Of a stretch of DNA of 29,866 nt, positions 17,245 to 25,094 are shown in pieces. Both the position numbers and the translations under genes were made by a program. The DNA lies in contig JBBSDY010000001.1 in the NCBI GenBank assembly GCA_038240245.1, forward strand, positions 1 to 29,866, read 5' to 3'. The notes under the pieces are model-generated. The model saw only the letters and a list, made by a program, of their open reading frames with translations, had not been told where the DNA came from and did not search any database. Each line of letters begins with the position of its first letter. Positions within the stretch are counted from its first letter, which is position 1. This DNA is from Polyangiales bacterium. Lineage in GTDB: Bacteria; Myxococcota_A; Polyangia; Polyangiales; Polyangiaceae.

Positions 17245-18237
17245 ATGCCCATCCGACCTTGTCTTCACGCCTTGGCTCGAACCGCGATCCCTCTTGCGGT
17301 GACGGCCTTCTGTCTTCCGGCTTGCAGCAGCAAGACCGACTCGTCTCCCGACGATCCCACGGGCGCCGGCGGCAACGACACCTCGGTCGTGGCCGGAGGC
17401 AACGAGGTCGGAGGGTCGACCACGGGGAGCGGCGGCAGCTCGGTCGGCGGCGGCAGCTCGGTGGGGGGCGACAGCTCGGCGGGCAGCGCTGGCTCCGCGG
17501 GCGGCTCGGCCGGCGGCATTGGCTCAGCCGGCGGCTCGTCGGGCGTCGGCGGAGCGGGAGGCGGGCCTTCGTCGTGCACCACCTACCAGGTGCCCGCAGG
17601 GGCCGCGGTGTGCTCGTGCCCGACGCTGATGGACCGGCAAAACTGCACGGCCGACAAGAAGCAGCCCATGTTCGACAACGGCGAGTGGGAAGGCAACGGC
17701 AACATGGGCGGACCTGGGCCCAACGGCGCGCCCCTCGGCAGCTTCGGCGGTTGGTGGGGGCACTGGCTACCGCTCACCCCCAGGGGCTGCATTCAAAACA
17801 TTCCGATGCCGGGCAGCACGTCGAACTGGGGCCAGCAGTACGCCAATCCCCTTCTTACCACCCCCAATCCGCTCGATCCGACGAGCAAGGCTGGCATGTC
17901 GCTCAAGGGCATGGGCTGCACCGCGCCGCAAGAGATCTACGACGCCGATCCTCCAGAGAGCGGCTGTGACAACCTGTCGGCCTTTCAAGGATTCAAGTTC
18001 GATGCGCTGGGAGACTCGGCCTTCGACATGACCGTGTTCATCAGCGACAAGGCCAGTCCCGGCCACACCAAGCATACCAAGATCGTGCACGTGACGGCCG
18101 AGTGGCAAGAGTTCGACGTCCCGTTCTGCTCTCTTGGCAGCGCCACCACCTTCAACGCCGCCAACGTCAACACGCTCGGGTTTCAGATCTCCGCACCCAA
18201 TTTTCAGGTGTGGTGGGACAACATCAAGTTTTACTGA
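17245..18237 (+). CDS. Lipoprotein with Gly/Ser linker and C-terminal CBM11/galactose-binding-like domain (about 330 aa)
   Basis: Lipobox LPAC. C-terminus FQGFKF...VTAEWQEFDVPF...LGFQI...VWWDNIKFY resembles CBM-type jelly-roll domains. Confidence 0.7.
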   Translation: MPIRPCLHALARTAIPLAVTAFCLPACSSKTDSSPDDPTGAGGNDTSVVAGGNEVGGSTTGSGGSSVGGGSSVGGDSSAGSAGSAGGSAGGIGSAGGSSGVGGAGGGPSSCTTYQVPAGAAVCSCPTLMDRQNCTADKKQPMFDNGEWEGNGNMGGPGPNGAPLGSFGGWWGHWLPLTPRGCIQNIPMPGSTSNWGQQYANPLLTTPNPLDPTSKAGMSLKGMGCTAPQEIYDADPPESGCDNLSAFQGFKFDALGDSAFDMTVFISDKASPGHTKHTKIVHVTAEWQEFDVPFCSLGSATTFNAANVNTLGFQISAPNFQVWWDNIKFY

Positions 18238-18267
18238 AACGGCCCCACTTTACTGAAACGGCCCCAC
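18230..18267 (+). repeat. Perfect 19-bp tandem duplication TTTACTGAAACGGCCCCAC x2
   Basis: Copies at 18230-18248 and 18249-18267. The first copy contains the stop codon of the upstream gene. Confidence 0.95.
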
Positions 18268-18304
18268 GGGACCAGCGGCAAACGGCGTGGTATGCCCAGG
18301 AACG

Positions 18305-18631
18305 ATGGTCGGACGTCTGGCATTTCTGTTCTCGGTTCTCGTGGTCGCATCGGGCTGCGGAGGTGACACGTACTGTCAGTCGGGAAGCAAGTACGGCACC
18401 CAGTGCACCACGCTGCAGGACGTGCGCAATCCGCCCGGGGCGCCTGCCAATCGCAACGAGCACGCCTGGTGGAACCAATCGGCCCCACCTGGAACCTTCG
18501 GCTCATCGGGATCGACGGCGAGCAGTGGGACCGCAGTGCCGATGTCGTCACCGGCATGGAAGCCGACGGGCGCCGCGTCGCCGTCATCCGCCGTGCCCAC
18601 AGCTCCCGCTCCGGCCGGCTCGGCGCAATAA
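18305..18631 (+). CDS. Small lipoprotein (108 aa)
   Basis: Signal LAFLFSVLVVASGC, Cys pair YCQSGSKYGTQC, and a P/S/A-rich tail. Confidence 0.7.
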   Translation: MVGRLAFLFSVLVVASGCGGDTYCQSGSKYGTQCTTLQDVRNPPGAPANRNEHAWWNQSAPPGTFGSSGSTASSGTAVPMSSPAWKPTGAASPSSAVPTAPAPAGSAQ

Positions 18632-19186
18632 TCACTTTTTGGAACCGCGCTCGCGGCGGGGCGCGGCCTTCGACCCGGCCGTCACGCCGCGGGCCGCAGG
18701 CCTCGACTCGCGCGTCATTTCGATCATCGTGCGACGGAAACCCAGCCTCTTGAAGACGTGTTGCGCACCGCCGTTTTTCTCGGCCGTCCACAGCATCACC
18801 CGGGGGACGCCACGTCCGGTGAGCCATGCGGCTGCCTCCTCGACCAGCTTCGATCCGACGCCTTCGCGTCGGGCCGACTCGTCGACGACGACGTCGTGCA
18901 CGAATCCGGCAACGTCGCGTAGCTCCTTCCATGATTTTTCTTCGACGCCCGCGTACACGTAGCCAACCACCTTGCCGCCCTGCTCGGCAACGAAGATGGC
19001 GACATCGGGATCGCCGATCTGCGTGCCGAGAAACCACGCATAGCCTTTCTCGAGCCCGGGCCCGGGCGCCATGAAGCGCTGGCGATCGAAGGCGTGATGG
19101 GCGCGTACGAGGTGTGCGCCGAGGCTTCCGAGTGCGGGAAGATCGCGCTTTTTGGCGCGGCGAATGACGACGGGACGAGGGCTCAT
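18632..19186 (-). CDS. GNAT-family N-acetyltransferase (184 aa)
   Basis: VIRRA...DL, IFVAE..GKVVGY, acetyl-CoA motif [18 protein letters not shown]. The upstream part of the 385-aa ORF is an antisense shadow of tal. Confidence 0.9.
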   Translation of the reverse strand: MSPRPVVIRRAKKRDLPALGSLGAHLVRAHHAFDRQRFMAPGPGLEKGYAWFLGTQIGDPDVAIFVAEQGGKVVGYVYAGVEEKSWKELRDVAGFVHDVVVDESARREGVGSKLVEEAAAWLTGRGVPRVMLWTAEKNGGAQHVFKRLGFRRTMIEMTRESRPAARGVTAGSKAAPRRERGSKK

Positions 19187-19214
19187 GCTAGCATCCCCCC
19201 AAGGGGTAACACAG

Positions 19215-20372
19215 ATGGCCAGCCTGCTCGAACAGCTCCAGAAAATGACGGTCGTCGTTGCCGACACCGGTGACATCCACTCCATCGAAAAATTCAAGCC
19301 CCGCGACGCGACGACGAACCCGTCGCTGATCACCGCGGCCGCCCAGATGCCCGAGTATGCGGACGTCGTCGACAAGGCACTGCGCTGGGCAAAGAAAGAA
19401 GGCGGCGGGCGCGAACAGATGATCACCAACGCGCTCGACCGGTTGGCCGTCGAGTTTGGGTGCCGCATTCTGCAGATCGTCCCGGGCCGCGTGTCGACCG
19501 AGGTCGACGCGCGTCTCTCGTTCGACACCGCTGGCACGATCGAAAAGGCGAAAAAGCTGATCGGCTGGTACCACACCGCCGGTGTCGACAAGAAGCGCGT
19601 CCTCGTGAAGATCGCTTCCACCTGGGAAGGCATCCAGGCCGCCGAGCACCTCGAAAAAGAGGGCATCCACTGCAACTTGACGCTGCTCTTTGGGCTGCAC
19701 CAGGCCATCGCGTGCGCGCAGGCCAAGGCCACGCTCATCTCCCCTTTCGTCGGCCGCATCCTCGACTGGCACAAGAAGAAGACGGGCAAGGAGAGCTACG
19801 CCCCCGAAGAAGATCCGGGTGTGATCTCGGTGACGCGCATCTACGAGTACTTCAAGCGCCACGGCCACGCGACCGAGGTGATGGGCGCGAGCTTTCGCAA
19901 CAGCGGCGAGATCATCGAGCTGGCCGGATGCGATCTCCTCACCATCGCTCCTAACTTGCTCGCCGAGCTTCGCGACAAGGATGCGCCCCTCGTGCGAAAG
20001 CTCGACCCCCAGGCGGCCAAGGCGAAAGACGTTCCCGCGATAGCGATGGACGAGGCCACCTTCCGCAAGATGCACTCCGAGGATCAGATGGCCAGCGACA
20101 AGCTGCAGGAGGGCATCGACGGGTTCTCCAAGGCCCTCGTCGCGCTCGAGAAACTGCTCGGCGAGCGCCTCGATGCGCTGAGCGGTGCGCAGGCCAGCGC
20201 CGCAAAACAGCTCTTCACGGTGTTCGATCTCGACGGCGACGGCTTCATCACACGCGAGGAGTGGGCCGGCAAAGAAGGCGTCTTCGACTTGCTCGACGCC
20301 GACCACGATGGGCGCATCACCGCCGACGAGCTCGCCGCAGGACTTGGCGCCGCGTTCCGCCTCGAGGCCTGA
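19215..20372 (+). CDS. tal: Transaldolase with two C-terminal EF-hands (385 aa)
   Basis: [28 protein letters not shown], catalytic [24 protein letters not shown] loops [12 protein letters not shown] and [12 protein letters not shown]. Confidence 0.95.
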   Translation: MASLLEQLQKMTVVVADTGDIHSIEKFKPRDATTNPSLITAAAQMPEYADVVDKALRWAKKEGGGREQMITNALDRLAVEFGCRILQIVPGRVSTEVDARLSFDTAGTIEKAKKLIGWYHTAGVDKKRVLVKIASTWEGIQAAEHLEKEGIHCNLTLLFGLHQAIACAQAKATLISPFVGRILDWHKKKTGKESYAPEEDPGVISVTRIYEYFKRHGHATEVMGASFRNSGEIIELAGCDLLTIAPNLLAELRDKDAPLVRKLDPQAAKAKDVPAIAMDEATFRKMHSEDQMASDKLQEGIDGFSKALVALEKLLGERLDALSGAQASAAKQLFTVFDLDGDGFITREEWAGKEGVFDLLDADHDGRITADELAAGLGAAFRLEA

Positions 20373-20453
20373 CCGCTACCGCGTGCGGTAGTCGAAGCCA
20401 AGCGGCTCGTCGATTCGTGAGCCGCCTGCCACATCGGCGGGAACTGGCAGTCT

Positions 20454-21557
20454 ATGTGGGAACGGTATCGTCTCGCGCTCGTCGCCGCGCTGCTCTTCCC
20501 ACGGTCTGCGCTCGCGCAAGAGGCCGCCATCCCGGTCGACGGTCTCGAGCTTTGGGTCAAGGCCGATGGCCCGATGAAGGTAACCAACGGCCAAGTCACC
20601 GAATGGACCGACGCCAGCGCAAAGGCAAACAACGCGATCCACGACGCCTTTGGCCCGGGCCTGCCCGTGCTCGCCACCGCCAATGGCCGACCGACCCTGC
20701 GGTTCAGCGGCGGCTACACCGGATTTCATTTTACGAAGATCAACGGCATTCGTACCGTCTTCGCGGTCTTGTCGAAAGAGTCGGCGTCCTGTTTACCGAC
20801 GCTCCCCAACTATGGCACCCCCGCCAAGTTCTGGATCGGCGGCGCATCCGATCCGACCTACTTTCACCCCGAGCACGGTTGCGCGATCTACAACTCCAAC
20901 CTCGGCGAGGTGTCGCCGAATCTGGTCAACGGCAAGACCTATTTGAACGGCAAGCTGGTCGAAGGTCGAACCACCCGCTTTCCCTTCACGCTGGGGCTCC
21001 TGTCCATCGTCTCGCTGGCCAACGTCGCGGCCGACACCATCGCGCGCGATCGCAACTTTCAGGACCGATCTTGGCAAGGGGACATCTCGGAGCTTCTCAT
21101 CTACAGTAAGCCGCTCGACGACGCGACGCGGGTCACGATTCAGAATGCCCTCGCCAGCAAGTACGCGATTGCCGTCGAAGGAGGACCGCCTATCCCAGCC
21201 GATGGTGGAAGCTCCATCATCGCCGACGCCAACGACCGCGGCGATGAGCAGGGCGCAAGCGCGGGCACAGCGGGCGCTGCGAACACGGCGGGAGCAGGCG
21301 GGGCCGCGGGGAATGACGGAACCGCAGGTAGCGACGTAGCCAGCGGCCACGGCGGTGCTGCTCCCGGCGTTGGTGGTAGCGAACCAGCGTCCGTCAGTGC
21401 AGCGGGCGACACTGGCGCCTCCGCCGGCGATGCGTCCAGCGGGTGCTCGTGCGTCACCGCTCGCAACGATGGTGGCAATCTCGGCGCAATGGCGTTCGCG
21501 TCATCGCTCATGCTCGGCACGATGCTCACCCGGCGCCTGCGACGACGTCGCTCTTGA
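20454..21557 (+). CDS. Secreted LamG/concanavalin-like domain protein with MYXO-CTERM-type C-terminal sorting signal (367 aa)
   Basis: Signal peptide ending ALA-QE; LELWVKAD..VTEWTDAS..GDISELLIY; Gly/Ala linker; SSGCSC plus TM plus RRLRRRRS. Confidence 0.78.
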   Translation: MWERYRLALVAALLFPRSALAQEAAIPVDGLELWVKADGPMKVTNGQVTEWTDASAKANNAIHDAFGPGLPVLATANGRPTLRFSGGYTGFHFTKINGIRTVFAVLSKESASCLPTLPNYGTPAKFWIGGASDPTYFHPEHGCAIYNSNLGEVSPNLVNGKTYLNGKLVEGRTTRFPFTLGLLSIVSLANVAADTIARDRNFQDRSWQGDISELLIYSKPLDDATRVTIQNALASKYAIAVEGGPPIPADGGSSIIADANDRGDEQGASAGTAGAANTAGAGGAAGNDGTAGSDVASGHGGAAPGVGGSEPASVSAAGDTGASAGDASSGCSCVTARNDGGNLGAMAFASSLMLGTMLTRRLRRRRS

Positions 21558-22438
21558 GGACGCCGTTGCGCTTGGCAGGCATCGTGGCAGGTCCGCTGCT
21601 CGCGGTGGCATGCTCGTCCACCCCAGCTGCCATCTCCGCCCCAGTCGAGCGGGAGGATGCTTCGAGCGCTGCCGATTCGCCCGGCGAAACCTCTGATCAG
21701 CACGAGCCAGATCGCAACGACGACGCAGGGCCGGTGCTCACGACCGAGGCCTCAGGGGCCGCCGTTGCCGATGGTTCCGATGCTCCCTCGCCCGAGCCCA
21801 TTGTCGATGCGCACATGGGCGATGGCAAGGTTCTCTACGTGGCCGGCGAGATGCCCATGGTGGGCGTCGATCTCCAGATTCACGACCTGCTCAGGACGAA
21901 GAACATCGAGGTCGAGGATGTTCGCGAGACCGTCTCGCCCGCCCGCGCCGAGGGAAAAGGCCTCGTTCTTATCTCGTACAGTGTCTTGAGCACCAACTTT
22001 CGTGCCGCCGACTTCGCCGATCTTCCGGTCCCGCTCATGGTGATGGAGCATTTTCTGCTCGCCGATCTCGGGATGACGTCCGCCGCTGGGCATGGCTACG
22101 AGCCCGACGTCACGCAGATCTCTCTCCTGTCACGCGATCCCCTGCTCTCCGCGGGGCTGCCAGCCGGGGATGTCACCGTCTACTCGCAGGTCGGCGAGAT
22201 GTTCTGGGGAATGCCGAGCTCCGCGGCCATGACGGTGGCCACGGTGAAGGGCAACCCCCTGCGCGCCGTGACCTTCGCTTATCCCGCGGGGGCCATGATG
22301 GTCGGAAGGGTCGCGAAGGCCAAGCGAATGCAGGTATTCGTCGCCGTGCACGCGCCGCCCCCCAACCCGCAGCCATTTCTCAATGCGGACGGGCTCAGGC
22401 TCGTGGGTGGGGCCATCGACTGGTGCCTGCAGCCTTGA
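21554..22438 (+). CDS. Lipoprotein with alpha/beta (GATase-1-like fold, inferred) domain; paralog of 22729-23634 (294 aa)
   Basis: The TTG start overlaps the upstream TGA (TTGA). Lipobox LAVAC, acidic linker, domain ending AIDWCL. Confidence 0.72.
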   Translation: MRTPLRLAGIVAGPLLAVACSSTPAAISAPVEREDASSAADSPGETSDQHEPDRNDDAGPVLTTEASGAAVADGSDAPSPEPIVDAHMGDGKVLYVAGEMPMVGVDLQIHDLLRTKNIEVEDVRETVSPARAEGKGLVLISYSVLSTNFRAADFADLPVPLMVMEHFLLADLGMTSAAGHGYEPDVTQISLLSRDPLLSAGLPAGDVTVYSQVGEMFWGMPSSAAMTVATVKGNPLRAVTFAYPAGAMMVGRVAKAKRMQVFVAVHAPPPNPQPFLNADGLRLVGGAIDWCLQP

Positions 22439-22512
22439 AATCACAACCATCCTGCAACACCGCAGGTGGTCCCGAACCCGCTTCGGTCCCAGCGTGGTAG
22501 ACTGAGCGTGCG

Positions 22513-22632
22513 ATGTCTCGCCTGCTCGTGGTCATTGGCTGTGCAATTCTTCTCTGCCCAATCGGCTGTTCTGGCGACGCGTTCGATTCGGCGAAGGCCG
22601 AGGCCCCGATCGTCGGGAACGGTGGTGCGTGA
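22513..22632 (+). CDS. Small ORF: 39-aa mini-lipoprotein MSRLLVVIGCAILLCPIGCSGDAFDSAKAEAPIVGNGGA
   Basis: Translated by hand. Hydrophobic signal with IGC lipobox, extended -10 TGGTAGACT 9 nt upstream, and a stop overlapping the next ATG. Confidence 0.5.
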   Translation: MSRLLVVIGCAILLCPIGCSGDAFDSAKAEAPIVGNGGA

Positions 22633-22727
22633 TGGATGCCAAGCGCTGGTTTGCGGTCGTTCTGTTCGTTCTCGCCATCGTGGGCTGGCAGATGCTCGTT
22701 CAGCGGATTTTCCGCAAGAAGGAGTAA
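22632..22727 (+). CDS. Small ORF: 31-aa single-TM peptide MDAKRWFAVVLFVLAIVGWQMLVQRIFRKKE
   Basis: Translated by hand. TGATG coupling to the previous ORF, hydrophobic core with basic flanks, and it ends 1 nt before the convergent gene's stop. Confidence 0.5.
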   Translation: MDAKRWFAVVLFVLAIVGWQMLVQRIFRKKE

Positions 22728-22728
22728 C

Positions 22729-23634
22729 TCACTTCAGACCGAGCGCCCAGTCGATCGCCGAATCGAGGATCTTGAAGCCGTCGGGCGAGAAATGCGAAGC
22801 GATCGCTTCTCGCGCGCAGAAGCCCACGCGGCGCGCCGGCGCGACCATGCCCACCATGTCGTCGCCAGTTTCGTAACCAAATAGCGCCGCCTGGCTGGTG
22901 TCGGCCACGGTCGTCGCCGCGACGATAGCCTTGGGTCCAACCAGGCCCCATCCCAAATCGGCCGGGTCAGGAGGGTTGTTCGCAATGGTGATCGTCCCCG
23001 ACAGGCCATCGGTGAGTGGATGCGTGCCGACCATCTTTAGGGTCGATTGGCCGTTGGTGTGGTTGCGCATGCTGACCATCTTCATGTCGGGAAGCGAGCC
23101 GTCTTCCATGCATACGATGGGGACCGCAACGTCGCGCAACTTGGTCATGAGATTGCCCGACTCTTCGCTGCTCGAAATGAGGACGCCGTCCTTGCCCGCC
23201 GTCATCGCTGCTGTGACGACCGTGTCGGCAACCAATGTGACCTTGAAACCGCGCGTCTCGAGGTGATTGATCATGAGCGTATCACCGGGGCTCGGCTTGC
23301 CGCTCGACAGACCCACCATCAAGATTTGCTTGTTGCCGACGACGACCGCTGCATCGCCCCCTGCGTCGACTGGGGCGGGCGAGGCCTCACCACCAGCTTC
23401 GATGGCAGCGTCGAGAGCGGGCGCGGCGCCGGCGGTCCCGGCCGAGGTACCGCTCGCCCCGCCCACTGCCTGGCCGCCGCTCGAGTCGGGCGACTCTGTC
23501 GAGGTCATCGCACCGGATCCACCGGCCCCTCCCGTGCCTCCTGAAGACGGCGAGGGACCGCTGTCGGACGTTCCGCAAGCTTGGCCACACGACAGGATGA
23601 GGGCGAGGCCCGATATCGTTCGAAAAAGGCTCAC
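22729..23634 (-). CDS. Lipoprotein with alpha/beta (GATase-1-like fold, inferred) domain; paralog of 21554-22438 (301 aa)
   Basis: Signal LALILSCGQAC, Gly/Ala linker, domain ending AIDWALGLK. Confidence 0.78.
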   Translation of the reverse strand: MSLFRTISGLALILSCGQACGTSDSGPSPSSGGTGGAGGSGAMTSTESPDSSGGQAVGGASGTSAGTAGAAPALDAAIEAGGEASPAPVDAGGDAAVVVGNKQILMVGLSSGKPSPGDTLMINHLETRGFKVTLVADTVVTAAMTAGKDGVLISSSEESGNLMTKLRDVAVPIVCMEDGSLPDMKMVSMRNHTNGQSTLKMVGTHPLTDGLSGTITIANNPPDPADLGWGLVGPKAIVAATTVADTSQAALFGYETGDDMVGMVAPARRVGFCAREAIASHFSPDGFKILDSAIDWALGLK

Positions 23635-23683
23635 CTGGAGTCAAGTTCCCGGCGAGGTCTTCGACGGCTCACGAATTTTGCGC

Positions 23684-24108
23684 TCAAAACGTCATGAGCG
23701 TCCCAATTCGCCCCATGGCGCGGAGCCCCGCGACTGAAGTGCCATTCCGGCGCCGGCGACCAGTTGAATGCTGTCCGACATGAGATTGAGGGCGAGACTC
23801 GGACCGAGATAGTGCCGCGGCCCGCCCTCGGCACCGTTGTCGAACGCTTCTTCCAGGTCCTGCCCGACATACTCGGCGCCGACTCTTATCTCGTTCATCA
23901 CTCGGTAAGAGAGCCCCGCCAAGACGAGGATGTCGATGGGATCGCGGCCTTCCGCAAAGACCCTCTCTGCATGAAGGTTGCTCGCGACCCGCAGGCGATC
24001 GATATCGTAGCTGGCCGCGAGGCGCCCAGCGAGACGGGTTTCATCGCGATTCAAGATCATCTTGTTCGGCTGGCCCCCAACGGCAATGCGTCCGGCGACG
24101 TGCGGCAC
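23684..24108 (-). pseudogene. 5'-truncated outer-membrane beta-barrel-like gene fragment with a 1-nt frameshift near 23717
   Basis: Alternating beta-strands (LAASYDIDRLRVASNLHAE; LAGLSYRV; VGAEYVGQDLEE; HYLGPSLAL). One extra base gives the C-terminus APMGRIGTLMTF*, with terminal Phe. SD GAGGAG precedes GTG 24108, but there is no signal peptide. Confidence 0.5.
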
Positions 24109-24269
24109 GAAAGCTCCTCGCCGCGGATGGTTCCGATCAGCTCCGCGTAGCTCTGCTGATGGAAGCCGTGGTGACCTTCCGCCAGCTTGCAGTGACCCCA
24201 AGTGGGCGCTTAACCCGTTGTCCACCGCATGGACATCGAGCCGATACACAGGACCGGGAAGATGCACGG

Positions 24270-24515
24270 ATGCTGGATGACACGGCGTTACGGTTTGATC
24301 ACCTGAGCAGCACAGGACTACTCGCGCATATTGCAGCGCGCTGGCTTCGATACCGCTTGGACCCGGACCTGATGGCCTGCATGCCACGCGATCTCAAGGT
24401 ATTGCTCAACGAGGCGGTACGCAGGGTCGTGACGGTGCGCACTACCCAACCGTCGACCCCCTCGGACACTCCGGCTGAAACACCGATAAGTCGAAGGCGG
24501 CACGTGCCATGCTAA
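24270..24515 (+). CDS. Possible small hypothetical protein (81 aa)
   Basis: MLDDTALRFDHLSSTGLLAHIAARWLRYRLDP... reads as amphipathic helical and fills an otherwise empty gap. SD is weak. Confidence 0.35.
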   Translation: MLDDTALRFDHLSSTGLLAHIAARWLRYRLDPDLMACMPRDLKVLLNEAVRRVVTVRTTQPSTPSDTPAETPISRRRHVPC

Positions 24516-24527
24516 CGAGTGCGAGCC

Positions 24528-25070
24528 TCACATGGCCTGGCTGATGAGATCTTCGATGGTGCCCTCGTCTTCGGGGGCGACTCGAATGGCTACGATGTTG
24601 CCCTTGGCGTTGATGACCACCAAGGTGGGAAGATTCGTAACGCCATATCGCTGGGCGACCTGCTCGCCGTCGTCGAAGACGATGGGGTACGAGAGACCCT
24701 TCTTCTTGGCGAACGCGGGGGCAAGGCCGGGCTCATCGCTGGTATTCACGCCCACGACGACGAGACCCTTGCCCTGGTGCTTGCGCGAGATGCGATCGAG
24801 AATGGGGGCGATGCGCTGACATGGCTCACACCATGTTGCCCAGAAGTCGAGAATGACGGCGCTGCCGCGGAGGTCTTCGAGATGGATGCGATCGCCGGCT
24901 GCCCCGCTGGCCACGACGTCGAGCGCGAAGTCGGGGGCTGGTTTTCCGACCAGTGTATTGGCGGAAAAAAGACGCGGCAGAATGGCAAACCCAAAGAGCA
25001 CGCTGAGCGCGACCAGGGCGACGATCGTCGGGTAGAGGATCTTACCCGAATAGAATTCTCGCTCGGCCAT
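24528..25070 (-). CDS. TlpA/ResA-family membrane-anchored thiol-disulfide oxidoreductase (180 aa)
   Basis: N-terminal TM, GKPAPDF, VILDFWATWCEPC, YGVTNLPTLVVI..KG.I. Confidence 0.93.
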   Translation of the reverse strand: MAEREFYSGKILYPTIVALVALSVLFGFAILPRLFSANTLVGKPAPDFALDVVASGAAGDRIHLEDLRGSAVILDFWATWCEPCQRIAPILDRISRKHQGKGLVVVGVNTSDEPGLAPAFAKKKGLSYPIVFDDGEQVAQRYGVTNLPTLVVINAKGNIVAIRVAPEDEGTIEDLISQAM

Positions 25071-25094
25071 GCCCGGCCCGTAGCGTAGCTCCTA

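Noticed and set aside
24499-24513. Sigma-54-like GG-N10-GC motif (GGCACGTGCCATGC)
   Set aside because: It points into the antisense strand of tlpA with no gene to drive, and such matches are common in GC-rich DNA.
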